Shown here piece after piece: positions 38,334-49,202 of a stretch of 64,000 nucleotides of DNA. Source of the DNA: a phage; the NCBI GenBank assembly GCA_020381345.1, contig GCA_020381345.1_3636.1; one strand, written 5' to 3'. Numbering within the stretch: the first letter of the stretch is position 1; every line of letters begins with the position of its first letter. Both the position numbers and the translations under genes were made by a program. The notes beneath the pieces are model-generated. The model was given only the letters and a program-made list of their open reading frames with translations. It was not told the DNA's origin and ran no database searches.

Positions 38334-39539
38334 ATGATTTTCATCTACGAACATTTCAAAACTCGTAAAGAAGCACGCGACCGCCGTGCAGAACTTGAGA
38401 AGAAGGGTTTCACATGTGCCATTGAGAAAGGTGACACAACCTGGACACTGGCAGTGGGTGCCCCAGAATTGTTCGATCCTGACCGTGACAGCGTCTGCTA
38501 CACCCGTGAGGATTTTGAAACCCGTGAAGAGGCACGTCTATTTCGATATGGGCTGGAAGATAACGGTAAGTACGCCATGATCTTAGACTTAGGCGAAGGT
38601 TCCGTTAAACGTTGGGGCGTGATATACCCACTGTGTGTTGTTCACGGTGTGGGGTTCACCGGGGTGGCAATCAAGTCAGAAGAACCTTTAGTAGAAGTCA
38701 AAGACCCGGTGCTGGAGGTGGTGAGCAGTGTGTCTCAGCAACAGACTCGAAGCATCGAGCCTTTAGTAGTTATTTGTGGGGAACTCCTCCAGATCACCTG
38801 CAACGAAGGCATTTTTGAAATTCGCCGCAGCGAAAGTGAGGAAGTTTACCAGAAAGTCTTCGACCATATCTCTGTTCAGGAATATGATGAGGCAATTGGT
38901 GAAATCCTTGTCTGGCTGGAACGCAAGAATGAGTTCACCACACTTGCAGACAACCTGATCATGAAAGATGGTAAGCTCTACTACTACGGTGTAGAGATGC
39001 GATCCACCATTGCAAAGAAAATTGAGAAAGACTATGCAGACGGAACACTGGATGACCGCTATGTGAAATTCCTCGTTCGCCTGCTACGCAATCCTTCTGC
39101 AAAATCTGTAAACATGCTCTACGATTTTATGCAGGCCAACGATATCCAGATTGCAGAAGATGGTCGAATCATTTGCTACAAAGGGGTTCAGTTTAACGGC
39201 AGCAAGTGGGTGGATTGGCACAGTGGTAAAGTTCCACAATACCAGGGTGCTTTTGTATCCATGCCTCGTAACTTTGTAGAGGATGATCCTGAAGCTGCGT
39301 GCTCCTATGGCTTACACTGCGCCAGCAAGGAGTATGCAAAGAGCTACGGCACTGTAATGACTGTCATGGTTGACCCTGCAGATGTGGTTAGTGTGCCATA
39401 CCAACACAATAGCGCTAAGTGCCGTGCATGCCGCTATGAGATTGTGGTAGCTCCGGAAGCACGCAAGGACGGAGACCCGATTGAATACGTGGTTGACCGA
39501 GACGGTAACACTATCGACATTCTTTACGAGGAGGCGTAA
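38334..39539 (+). CDS. hypothetical protein, likely partner of the GHKL ATPase
   Basis: AAGGAGA RBS; 401 aa; start 10 nt after upstream stop. Confidence 0.45.
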   Translation: MIFIYEHFKTRKEARDRRAELEKKGFTCAIEKGDTTWTLAVGAPELFDPDRDSVCYTREDFETREEARLFRYGLEDNGKYAMILDLGEGSVKRWGVIYPLCVVHGVGFTGVAIKSEEPLVEVKDPVLEVVSSVSQQQTRSIEPLVVICGELLQITCNEGIFEIRRSESEEVYQKVFDHISVQEYDEAIGEILVWLERKNEFTTLADNLIMKDGKLYYYGVEMRSTIAKKIEKDYADGTLDDRYVKFLVRLLRNPSAKSVNMLYDFMQANDIQIAEDGRIICYKGVQFNGSKWVDWHSGKVPQYQGAFVSMPRNFVEDDPEAACSYGLHCASKEYAKSYGTVMTVMVDPADVVSVPYQHNSAKCRACRYEIVVAPEARKDGDPIEYVVDRDGNTIDILYEEA

Positions 39540-40909
39540 TGGAAAAAGGGCAGTATGATGTAGGCACAGATGCTGCCCTCGTTGCAATCATGAGCGGTGA
39601 GAATGTCTTCGTTTCAGGACCCGCAGGTTGTGGGAAGACGTACCTCATCAACATGATCCAGTCAATGTATGGAGACTCTTGCATAACGGTTGCCCCGACA
39701 GGGGTAGCCGCTTTAAACGTTAATGGAGCAACAGCACACCGAACCTTCGATCTTGCAGCAGGTGTGAGCATGGAGTCAGACTGGACCGCAATAAGGGCAA
39801 AAACAGCAAAGCCTTTGAAAAGCAAGGCATTTACCATCCTAATTATCGATGAAATCTCTATGATCCGTGCTGATAAGTTTATAGAGATGGATAGGAAACT
39901 CCGCTTCCTTCGAAAAAATGACAAACCTTTCGGAGGCATACAGGTCATATTGTTTGGCGATTTTTACCAGGCACCTCCTGTTGTCTCTTCTATGGAGAAG
40001 GAAGCCTACTTCAACTTCTACCATACGGACCTGTGTTGCTACACCGAATCTTGGAAAGAACTTGACCTCCACAACATAGCTCTAATAGATCAGTTCCGAC
40101 AGGAGTCTATTCGATTTGCCACAATGCTCAACTGTGTTCGTGAGGGTCGTCGCATAAAAGAGGTTGTAGCAGAACTTAATGCTCGCTGTTACAAAGGCGG
40201 TGTACCAACAGACGCTCTCACAATTTGCGCCACCAACAAACAAGCAGAGGAAGTGAACAGAAGGTTCTATGATGCCATCAACGCCCCAGAGAAGGTATAC
40301 ACTGGTGAAATGAAGGGTAAGTTTCCCTCCACCCTGCCAGTTGAGCAGGAGATGAAGTTGAAAATTGGCATGAAAGTTATGATAACCGCCAACGATGTTG
40401 ACCCGACGCACAAAGTACCTTATTATGTTAACGGAACACGTGCCACAATTGTTAAATTTAAGAACAAGGCAGTGGTGGTAGAGCTTGAAGATGGAACACA
40501 GGTTGACATAGAGCAGAGGTTGTGGGAGAATAACGAGTATAAGCCCTCTCAGAGATACAACATTGCAGAAAGGAAGATGGAGAAGTTTATAGAGAGGGTA
40601 GTGATTGGGTCATACAAGCAACTTCCTCTGAAATCTGGGTACGCCGTAACATCTCATAAAAGTCAAGGACTTACTCTAGATTGTTACAACCTAGACCTTG
40701 GAAAGAACGGAGCTTTCTCTCCTGGGATGACGTATGTCGCTTTGAGTAGAGTTAAGACAATACAGGGAATAAACTTGTTGCGTCCACTAAGAGAAGTTGA
40801 CATTATTGTTGACCCGCGAGTCGTAGAGTTTTACAATACAACATTCCCTGACTTAGACAAAATTGTCAGGAAAGATTTTGAAACCAGAGCAGAAGAGGGG
40901 GACGTATGA
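39539..40909 (+). CDS. dda: Dda/RecD/Pif1-like superfamily 1 DNA helicase
   Basis: Walker A GPAGCGKT, Walker B ILIIDEISM, C-terminal motif AVTSHKSQGLTLD, motif VALSRV. Confidence 0.75.
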   Translation: MEKGQYDVGTDAALVAIMSGENVFVSGPAGCGKTYLINMIQSMYGDSCITVAPTGVAALNVNGATAHRTFDLAAGVSMESDWTAIRAKTAKPLKSKAFTILIIDEISMIRADKFIEMDRKLRFLRKNDKPFGGIQVILFGDFYQAPPVVSSMEKEAYFNFYHTDLCCYTESWKELDLHNIALIDQFRQESIRFATMLNCVREGRRIKEVVAELNARCYKGGVPTDALTICATNKQAEEVNRRFYDAINAPEKVYTGEMKGKFPSTLPVEQEMKLKIGMKVMITANDVDPTHKVPYYVNGTRATIVKFKNKAVVVELEDGTQVDIEQRLWENNEYKPSQRYNIAERKMEKFIERVVIGSYKQLPLKSGYAVTSHKSQGLTLDCYNLDLGKNGAFSPGMTYVALSRVKTIQGINLLRPLREVDIIVDPRVVEFYNTTFPDLDKIVRKDFETRAEEGDV

Positions 40910-41247
40910 GTTTGTGGAGAAATATCGTTAACTACGTGTGTGGCAATCCAACTCCTGAAGAGAAGGATGTTGTGATTCACGATTTTACTAAAAGATCTCG
41001 TGAAAAAGATCTACTGCTAACAAAGGTGACTGATAAAGATCCTGCAGTAGGGGACTGGGCAGGTTTTGCGTTTACATCGGACGAATACACCTTTAACAAA
41101 GGTGACTACCTTGTTGTGGATTTTAACGAAGACATTGAGGGTGCTGAACCTTACTATCAAACCCTTATTGTTGCAGGGTGTGTTAATCTCTCTGCAGGTA
41201 TGCACAGTTTGATTCTTTTTGAGCTTGACTCTGAAGACCTTCAGTAG
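40906..41247 (+). CDS. hypothetical protein
   Basis: 113 aa coupled ORF; hairpin follows. Confidence 0.35.
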   Translation: MSLWRNIVNYVCGNPTPEEKDVVIHDFTKRSREKDLLLTKVTDKDPAVGDWAGFAFTSDEYTFNKGDYLVVDFNEDIEGAEPYYQTLIVAGCVNLSAGMHSLILFELDSEDLQ

Positions 41248-41307
41248 TAAGATGTAAGTCTAAAGGGGAGGCACTCCTCCCCACAAAAACTAAGGAAGCA
41301 CTAAACG

Positions 41308-42633
41308 ATGAGTAAAACCAAATTAGAACTTACCTGGATAGGTAAAAACGAGCGCAAAAAGTTAGAGCCGCACATTTTGTTAGAAGATTCTAGCAAATCT
41401 TACCACAGCCAGAAAGTGACCGAAAACGATATTTTTGATAATAAACTGATTTTTGGAGATAACTTATTAGCATTGAAGGCGCTAGAGCAAGAGTATGCAG
41501 GCAAAGTGAAGTGTGTTTACATAGACCCGCCATTCAATACCGGGAGGGCTTTTGAGCACTACGATGATAGCCTGGAGCATTCCATTTGGCTGGGCTTAAT
41601 GAGGGATAGGTTAGAAATAATTCGTAATCTTCTAAGTGATGATGGGGTAATATTCGTTCACTTAGATGATTGCGAAATGGCGTATTTAAAAGTTTTGATG
41701 GACGAGATTTTTGGTCGTGCAAATCAGTTAAATACCATATCGATGACCACAAATTCCCCTTCGGGATTTAAGGCAACAGGAGCCACAGTTTTCTCCACAG
41801 CAAACTTTTTGCTTGTATATGCAAAAGATCGCACCCAGAAACCGCTTAACAAAATCTATATACCTAAAGGGTATGATACAGGATATAACAAATACCTATT
41901 AAACCCGGATGACCATTATAAAAATTGGACGTGGTGCGGTATTGCCGATGCGTTTGCAAAGGCCAATGGCTATAAAGATGCAAAAGAAGCCAAGAAAAAA
42001 CTGCCTGATACATTCGATGATGAATTAGCACAATTCGCAATTGATAATGCAGAACGTGTATTTCAATCTGTTGCAATTGGCGGTGGTGCTAAAATAAAGA
42101 GAAAAGAAACTATCGAGAAGTCAAAGAAAGATAGGGATAAGGTTTATGTACATCCAAATGAAGATGTTGAAGGATTTTATATCGCAAATGGTAGGCAAAT
42201 GGTCTTTTACTCCAACAGGCTTTTGGAAATTGACGGTGATATGCAACCTGCGGAACTAATAACTGATGTTTGGACAGACATTAGTTGGAATGGAATAGCA
42301 AATGAAGGCGGCGTTAGTTTCAAAAATGGGAAAAAACCAGAAGCGCTTTTGAAGCGAATTTTCGAAATGTGTACGCGAGAAGGCGATTTGGTATTGGATT
42401 CATTCGGTGGTTCGGGAACTACTGCTGCTGTAGCTCACAAGATGAAAAGACGTTGGATCTCCATCGAGATCGGTGATCATTGCCATACCCATATTATTCC
42501 GCGCTTGGAAAAAGTGATCGATGGGGAAGATCAAGGTGGTATTTCTAAGTCTGTAAACTGGCAAGGTGGTGGTGGCTTCCGTTATTACAAACTTGCCCCG
42601 ACCTTAATTGCGAAAGATAAGTCTGATCAATAA
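41308..42633 (+). CDS. DNA N6-adenine (or N4-cytosine) methyltransferase, beta class
   Basis: Catalytic motif IDPPFNT precedes the AdoMet motif DSFGGSGTT (beta-class order). Confidence 0.7.
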   Translation: MSKTKLELTWIGKNERKKLEPHILLEDSSKSYHSQKVTENDIFDNKLIFGDNLLALKALEQEYAGKVKCVYIDPPFNTGRAFEHYDDSLEHSIWLGLMRDRLEIIRNLLSDDGVIFVHLDDCEMAYLKVLMDEIFGRANQLNTISMTTNSPSGFKATGATVFSTANFLLVYAKDRTQKPLNKIYIPKGYDTGYNKYLLNPDDHYKNWTWCGIADAFAKANGYKDAKEAKKKLPDTFDDELAQFAIDNAERVFQSVAIGGGAKIKRKETIEKSKKDRDKVYVHPNEDVEGFYIANGRQMVFYSNRLLEIDGDMQPAELITDVWTDISWNGIANEGGVSFKNGKKPEALLKRIFEMCTREGDLVLDSFGGSGTTAAVAHKMKRRWISIEIGDHCHTHIIPRLEKVIDGEDQGGISKSVNWQGGGGFRYYKLAPTLIAKDKSDQ

Positions 42634-42646
42634 AGAGTACAATCAA

Positions 42647-42952
42647 ATGATGAAACGTTATAAACCATACACTTTTGAAATCGATTTCGAACTTGACGAT
42701 ATGTTTACTGTAGAAGCTCAGGCAGTTGTCCAGTTACCAGACTCGGATTGCCGGGATTCTGATGTTGACTATTACGGATTTAGACAAATCACCGATGTGC
42801 ATGTTTACCACAACGGTGAAGAGGTGGACTTCCACCAACTGCCAAACGATATGCGTCACTCAATTTACAAACGTGCAGCCCGTGAACTAGAGTCCTATCT
42901 GGATGCAGCGACGACAGCAGCTGCATTTGCTGAAGAAGTGGGAGGTTTCTGA
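42647..42952 (+). CDS. hypothetical protein
   Basis: ORF; start chosen at ATG beyond the methyltransferase stop. Confidence 0.3.
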   Translation: MMKRYKPYTFEIDFELDDMFTVEAQAVVQLPDSDCRDSDVDYYGFRQITDVHVYHNGEEVDFHQLPNDMRHSIYKRAARELESYLDAATTAAAFAEEVGGF

Positions 42953-43341
42953 TGATTACAGGTGTGAAGATTATCCAATACCACTTAACCAAATTGGAAG
43001 ATGCTGAAAAAGAGCTTGCAGAAGTTCTGAATAGTGGATATACTTTGCTATCATGCGCCTGCTCAGACACCTACGCTGTGTGGACACTTATCCGGAAGGA
43101 AGAGCCTGCAGGGATCTTGGTGCCAAACCCTAAGATTATTAGTGAGGTGGATGACTATCCCCAGGACGAAGGCTGGGAAGTATGGGAAGGTGGTGAAAAC
43201 CCTGCACCAGGTAAGTGGGTAAAATATAAACTACGTAGTGGTGCACAGTACGCTGACTACTCTGATGACCTAGACTGGAGTCATTCTTCACCAGGATCGT
43301 CTGCAAGTTCATATGATATCGTTGCTTTTCAGGAAGAATAA
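42952..43341 (+). CDS. hypothetical protein
   Basis: 129 aa ORF. Confidence 0.35.
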   Translation: MITGVKIIQYHLTKLEDAEKELAEVLNSGYTLLSCACSDTYAVWTLIRKEEPAGILVPNPKIISEVDDYPQDEGWEVWEGGENPAPGKWVKYKLRSGAQYADYSDDLDWSHSSPGSSASSYDIVAFQEE

Positions 43342-43353
43342 GGAGATAGTGTT

Positions 43354-43836
43354 ATGTCAGATTTTATGTGGAAAGTAGGTTACGCAGCTCCTGAAATGTG
43401 TGAGGCTTGCTTTGTGAAAATAGGCCGCGAGGATATCGACAAAGTGATCCTTAAGTTTCGTGATGTAGCTGTGATCGGCAACCGAGTGCTTAAGCACTTA
43501 AAGAATCTGAAGCTCACCAAAAAGAAGTTCTTCGGACTTTTCGAAGAGAAAGTTGATGCTTGGACCCATTGCATTCAGGAAGCTAAATCTCACTACAGTG
43601 CTATCGTTACCCCAGAACGGGTAGCCAAGATGGAAGGACTCATCAACAGCACAGAGTTTGAGTGCCTAAAGGCTGCCCTTGATAGTTATCCGAAATGCCT
43701 CAAGCACTTGGACAAGTATGTAGAAAAGGATGGGGAAATGTATCTCACCCTGGATGCATACTATGAGATGCAAGAAATTTTAAATTTAGATTTGACATTG
43801 GTATCCACCGAGTATACAATAGGTATCCGGGTTTAA
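43354..43836 (+). CDS. hypothetical protein
   Basis: 160 aa ORF; terminator follows. Confidence 0.4.
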   Translation: MSDFMWKVGYAAPEMCEACFVKIGREDIDKVILKFRDVAVIGNRVLKHLKNLKLTKKKFFGLFEEKVDAWTHCIQEAKSHYSAIVTPERVAKMEGLINSTEFECLKAALDSYPKCLKHLDKYVEKDGEMYLTLDAYYEMQEILNLDLTLVSTEYTIGIRV

Positions 43837-43842
43837 CACTAG

Positions 43843-43870
43843 GCCCTGCCCGAAAGGGTGGGGCTTTTTG
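43843..43870 (+). terminator. rho-independent terminator (repeated element, copy 1)
   Basis: GCCCTGCCCGAAAGGGTGGGGC then TTTTT; identical 22-mer at 54265. Confidence 0.55.
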
Positions 43871-43887
43871 CATTAGGAGACAGCAAA

Positions 43888-44652
43888 TTGAAATTTATCT
43901 ATAAAGAACACTACCACAAAGGTGTTGTGTGGAGTCTATTTGACGGATCTGGCGGTGCAGTCATTGACTGGGCAAAAGCTGGATATCTGTGCCTGTGCTT
44001 TAACGCAGAAGGTGCTGACCACGGCAGTTATGCAGAGGTGATCACCGATCATCCAAATATTCACTATGTAGATTATTGGATTGATCCATGGTTCCCTCAG
44101 GAAACTTTCTGCATGTACCCAGCTCCGGACTTTGTTCTTGCATTTCCTCCGTGCACCCACTTAGCGGTGTCAGGTGCTGCACACTTTAAGAAGAAGCTGG
44201 CTAAGGACCCGCTGATCCAGATTAATGCTGTAAAGGATGCTCGGGTTGCAGAAGAGTTGGGAGAGATTTACGATTGCCCGTGGCATGTAGAGAATCCTGT
44301 GGGTGTTATGTCCACACTGTGGCGCAAACCTGATTACCGTTTTCACCCTTCTGACTATGGCGGGTATTTACCGGAGGATGATGTAAACCCCTGGTTTCCT
44401 GAATTTATAGCTCCACGTGATGCCTATCCAAAAATAACTTGCGGCTGGATAGGTAATGGATTTATAATCCCGGCCACAAAACCTGTCCCGCAAATAGTTG
44501 ACGCGGTTAGCGGGTATTCCATGCAACACGCCAAGCTGGGTGGAAAGAGTGCAAGAACGAAGATGATCCGAAGCCTCACACCACGTGGCTGGGCAAAAGC
44601 CGTATTCTTAGCAAACGAGCCTGTAGTAAGGAGCAGAATTAATGGGAAGTAA
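43888..44652 (+). CDS. compact DNA cytosine-5 methyltransferase-like protein
   Basis: Motif I LFDGSGG (FxGxGG), motif IV FPPCTHLAVSGA (PC), motif VI HVENPVG (ENV); TTG start after GGAGA RBS proposed because the track start lies inside the terminator hairpin; only ~255 aa so target-recognition region is minimal. Confidence 0.45.
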   Translation: MKFIYKEHYHKGVVWSLFDGSGGAVIDWAKAGYLCLCFNAEGADHGSYAEVITDHPNIHYVDYWIDPWFPQETFCMYPAPDFVLAFPPCTHLAVSGAAHFKKKLAKDPLIQINAVKDARVAEELGEIYDCPWHVENPVGVMSTLWRKPDYRFHPSDYGGYLPEDDVNPWFPEFIAPRDAYPKITCGWIGNGFIIPATKPVPQIVDAVSGYSMQHAKLGGKSARTKMIRSLTPRGWAKAVFLANEPVVRSRINGK

Positions 44653-46720
44653 ATTTATGGCATCTGCATACAACCGTTTCGGTGAGCCAAACCCGAAAGC
44701 AACTAAGTATAAAAGTGGGGGAAGTGTGAAACGAGACTATCGTGATGAAAAAGAGGTTGAAACTGTAGAGACTGTTTTAGAAAATACTAAAATTGTCCCT
44801 GTTCCACAACAAAATATCGGTCTGATGGCTGCACAATATTTTGGTGTGCGATCAGCATTGTCTCAAGAAGACGGTGTGACAGTTACTGCAACATATTTCC
44901 CATATTACGACCGCTACGGAAATCTGTCAGGTTTCAAAAAGCGTGACTGGACGATTCCTAAAGAGCAAAGGGGCCATTTCTCAGTTGTTGGCATAGTAAA
45001 GGCTAACTCCCAGATGTTTGGTCAAAAGCTGTGTGCATCTTCCAACAACCGTAAGCAGATTAATGTTTGTGAGGGAGAAGGTGATGTTATTGCAGCATGG
45101 CAGGCTGCATATCAGATACAAGTAAAAGGGATTCTCACCAACGCTAAAGCCCCGGCAAAGGTGAAACAGTGGGCTAAAGAGGTCCAGGACGGGATCGATG
45201 CAGTTATCAACGGGGGTGATCTGGCAGGAAAACCCTGCCTGCCTTTTGTTGGAATTAACTGTGGATGTGCAAACGCAGTAGACACTTTTGCAAACAATGA
45301 GAAATTTATCCGTAGCTACGGAACAGTGGTCCTTGCAATGGACAACGATGCAGCTAACGAGGTAGAGAAGCAAAAACACGTTATCAAAGGTGTTGAAGCC
45401 ACACATAATATCGCGGCATTTTTGATGGCGGATAACGTTTACCACGTAGAATATCCTGGTGAAGTAAACGATCCTGACGGTGTAAAAGATATCCGTGACA
45501 TGCTGAAGGCTAAAAAGCTGGAAGATATTGTAAACATGTTCCGGCATCCTGTTAAGTATGTGCCTGATGCTGTGTCGGATTTAGAAGACTTCTCTATCGA
45601 ATCTTTGCGGAAAAAGACTTCCAACGGGGTAGATATTAGCGCAGAGTTCCCAAAACTGCAAAAAATGCTAAAAGGCTTGCACAAAGGGACACTCGTAATG
45701 CTTACAGGTCCATCAGGGGGTGGTAAAACAACTGTAGCTAAAAAACTGGAACACTGTATTGCAAGATACTTAATGGACCCGACATGCCCGAAGGCCGATG
45801 ACTACGAAGAAGATGATCGTCTATGCATGATCCATCTTGAGGAGGACCCAGAGGAAGCAATTAACTCCTTGTATGCAAACCAGTTAGGGTTTGATGTTAA
45901 AGAGTTTGTTGAAGATCCTAGCCAGTTTTTAACTGATCAAGAACACGCAGAGATTCACCAATCATGGGCAAAAGCTGGAAAAATCAAAGTGTTCAAACAT
46001 TTCGGATCTATTCCGGTGGACGAGTTGATTACCAAGCTTAAGCAAATGGTTTGCCTGTACCATTGTCGTTATATTGTGCTGGATCACCTGTCCATGGTAA
46101 TTTCAGGTCTTAATGTTAAGGATGAGCGAAAAGAACTGGACATAGCTATGACCCAACTGGCTGCGTTTTGTAAGCAGTTTAATGTGTTTATCTTGGTGAT
46201 CGCTCACCTCAAACGTACAGAGATTGTGCCTCCTAAAGACAAGGATGGTAACCCGTTACCTTTCTGGTATCCTGTGCGAAAAGAGAATTTGCGAGGATCG
46301 GCTGGGCTTGAACAGTTGAGTTGGGTAGTCATAGGTGTCGAGGCCGAAGAAATGGTGGATCGTTCTCGTGGGCGTGTCCGTTTAGTAGGTCTTAAAAACC
46401 GTCCAGCAAAAACATTGGGTATTGCAGACACTTTGGTTATGGACCCACATACAGGTAAGTTCCATGATGCCAGTAATTGGTACTGGGACAAAGAAATGCA
46501 AATGTTTACAGATGGAGAAGGTGGGGAGGTTGTTTGGAGACCTCAGGCTATGTTTGAGGATCAGGAGCATGCAGTTGTAGAAACACCTATGGGCAAGGTT
46601 GTGGCTGATAAGGTTGTAACTCCTACTGTTAAGCCTGTTGACACGCAGGAAGACCTCCAGTACGATGATCCGTCCTCTGACCATGTTCCTGGTTTTGAGG
46701 ATGATGAAACACCTTTTTAA
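44642..46720 (+). CDS. bifunctional TOPRIM primase / DnaB-type helicase (T7 gp4-like) lacking N-terminal zinc ribbon
   Basis: TOPRIM Glu (VCEGEGDVIA) and DxD (LAMDNDAANE); Walker A LTGPSGGGKTT; acidic C-terminal tail ending FEDDETPF. Confidence 0.7.
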   Translation: MGSKFMASAYNRFGEPNPKATKYKSGGSVKRDYRDEKEVETVETVLENTKIVPVPQQNIGLMAAQYFGVRSALSQEDGVTVTATYFPYYDRYGNLSGFKKRDWTIPKEQRGHFSVVGIVKANSQMFGQKLCASSNNRKQINVCEGEGDVIAAWQAAYQIQVKGILTNAKAPAKVKQWAKEVQDGIDAVINGGDLAGKPCLPFVGINCGCANAVDTFANNEKFIRSYGTVVLAMDNDAANEVEKQKHVIKGVEATHNIAAFLMADNVYHVEYPGEVNDPDGVKDIRDMLKAKKLEDIVNMFRHPVKYVPDAVSDLEDFSIESLRKKTSNGVDISAEFPKLQKMLKGLHKGTLVMLTGPSGGGKTTVAKKLEHCIARYLMDPTCPKADDYEEDDRLCMIHLEEDPEEAINSLYANQLGFDVKEFVEDPSQFLTDQEHAEIHQSWAKAGKIKVFKHFGSIPVDELITKLKQMVCLYHCRYIVLDHLSMVISGLNVKDERKELDIAMTQLAAFCKQFNVFILVIAHLKRTEIVPPKDKDGNPLPFWYPVRKENLRGSAGLEQLSWVVIGVEAEEMVDRSRGRVRLVGLKNRPAKTLGIADTLVMDPHTGKFHDASNWYWDKEMQMFTDGEGGEVVWRPQAMFEDQEHAVVETPMGKVVADKVVTPTVKPVDTQEDLQYDDPSSDHVPGFEDDETPF

Positions 46721-46778
46721 TGTTTAACAAAGAGTGGGAGGGGTAGTACAACCGCCTCCCCTTTAAGGAGAACTGTAT

Positions 46779-49202
46779 ATGAGCATGTGGTCGTTCGATT
46801 TTGAGTCATCCGGTTTACTGGAAGACCCAGATCTTTATTATCACTGCGGTCTGTTTAAAGAGCTGAATAAGAACCGTTTTATGCTGTTCCTTCCTCTAAA
46901 TGACCGCACACACTACTCCGAGGAGGATATAGAAAAGGCTAAGAACTTCATTCTGGCAAAGAAAACTCTTTATAAAGATTTTGAAGTTCGCATAGCAGAT
47001 TTTTCGGAGTTGGAAGGTTGGCTTACAGGCAATTCCGACTGGTCACCAACAGCTTTGAACTGCCATAACTGCTACAGTTATGACTTTATGCTGATGGAAA
47101 GATTATCCGGTATTCATTTTGACATGTTCCGTGATCCTAAATGCATGGGGACTATCAACGACCACCAGGTTAACCTGTTTGATACGTTGGCGATGAGTCG
47201 AATCTTGTGGCCTGATCGCCCTTTACCAAAAGGTTGTCCGGACTCTGTATTCAACCCGGTCACTAAGAAAATGCAGCCTGTTGGTCCTCACGGCCTTATG
47301 GCATGGGGCTATGCTCTTGGTAACCAGAAAGTTCAAATTGATGACTGGCGCGATCTTCCGTTGTGGAAGTATGTGGATCGTGTATTTGAGGACGTTATCA
47401 TCCAGGAGCTGCTCTGGAAAGAACTGGTAGCGGAATCAAAAGGTGTATTCTACGGCAAGTCTGACATGCAGAACTTTATGTACGATCCTGCCAAAGAGAA
47501 GCCAAAAGGGTTCAAGAAGATCACCTGGAAGAACGCATTACGCCGAGGCATGCTGCAGCACTTCCTGATGGAGCTGCAGGCCCGTCAGGGTGTGTATTTC
47601 GACATAGACGGGGCTATTGCTTTACGTGACCGCTGTGATGCGTGGATGAAAGAGATCGCTGATCGTGTTGAACCTCAACTTCCTTTAAAAGAGTTATCAA
47701 TATCTCAGCGGCCTAAATTCCCTGAAAAGCCGTTCAACCAAGATGGGACAATTTCCAATAATGGCTGGAAATGGTTAAAAGATAAGCTTGGCTATCCTGT
47801 AGATATGAGCGCTTTAGAGTTCAAAGCCCCGCCTAAGCGAGCATTTACCTCCACAGGAGATGTCAGTAAGATGGGGATAAAATGGTGTGAAGAGATGGGC
47901 TGCAAAGACCCCGATAAGATGGCTGATTTCTTGAGAGGCTATATTAAGGGCACCTCAACACCACAACCTTTACCTAAAGAGCTAATGGATCAGGCAATAA
48001 GTGATCTACAGCAGAAGCGAATGCCGGACTGCAAGATACCTATGAAAATCAGCAATCAGGACGACATTAAGCGATACCTGATCAGTGCTGGTTGGCTTCC
48101 GACAATGTGGAGAACTAAGGATGTAACTAAAGACAGCAAGAAGAAAGCTCTACCTGATGCAGATGTTGATGCACGAGTATATGCATATATGGACGAGCTT
48201 TTAGAGTCAGAGTATTGTGACCTGATTATCAACTTCTGGAACAAAACTGATGCTAAGTTCCAGACAACCGTGCACAAGTTCCGAAGCTTTCCTAACTCCG
48301 AAAGGATTAAAAAGGAAGTATTCGGGAAAATACGTAGAAAAGCCAGGGCACTTATTACTTCTCCGCAACTGAAAGATACGTTTGGACACCTATGTCCGAA
48401 TCTTGAAAAATTGAACGGAGAGATGGCTAAAGATATCGTCTTGTGGTTATCATTGCGAAACCGCAGATCGGTCCTTGATCCAATCAAGGAGGATAAGGTT
48501 GATACTGGTCTTCTTAATCACCCACGCTTGAAGATTGACCATAAGCTTCCTGCTAAAAGTTCTGGGCTAACAAACACTTCCAGACAGAAACACAGTATTT
48601 GTGCAAACATGCCTAAACCATCTCCTAAAGTGGTTATGGGTAAAGAGATGCGTAGTCTATGGGGTGTTCCTCCGGGATACTTTGAGATCGGTATTGACGG
48701 GTCCAACTTAGAGCAGCTTATCGGAGCTTGGGGTGCCTTTGAGTTCGACAACGGCTTGTATTATGATGTTGTAAGTAACGGGGACGCACACCAAAACAAT
48801 GCTGAGGCATATACAAAAGTAGCAGGTAGAGAGGTGTCTCGTAACGACGGTAAACCTATCACGTATGGGGTTATGTACGGGGCACAAAAAGATAAAGTTG
48901 CAGACATGCTGGATATCTCTCCAGAGTTGGGACAAAGGGTAATCGATGCACTCTGGGATGCCAACCCTGGTCTTAAGGGGCGCAAAGAGGATCTGGAGAA
49001 ATTCTGGGAAGCAACAGGTAAGAAGTTTATCTACTCTTTTGATGGTCATGCTATCTGGACCCGATCTAAACACTCTTTACTTAATGCATACCAACAGAAT
49101 GGTGGTGCATCGCTGTGTGACTTAGTTGGGATACTCATGCACCACCAAATGGTGAAGCGTGGGTGGTACGATGAAGGTGTTCGTCGTATTATTTATTACC
49201 AT
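46779..49202 (+). CDS. DNA polymerase, family A (T7 gp5-like), exon 1
   Basis: Exo I FDFESSG, Exo II-like NCHNCYSYD, motif A EIGIDGSNLE, motif B KPITYGVMYGAQ; ORF stops 1 codon after the His of motif C (..IIYYH K stop). Confidence 0.7.
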
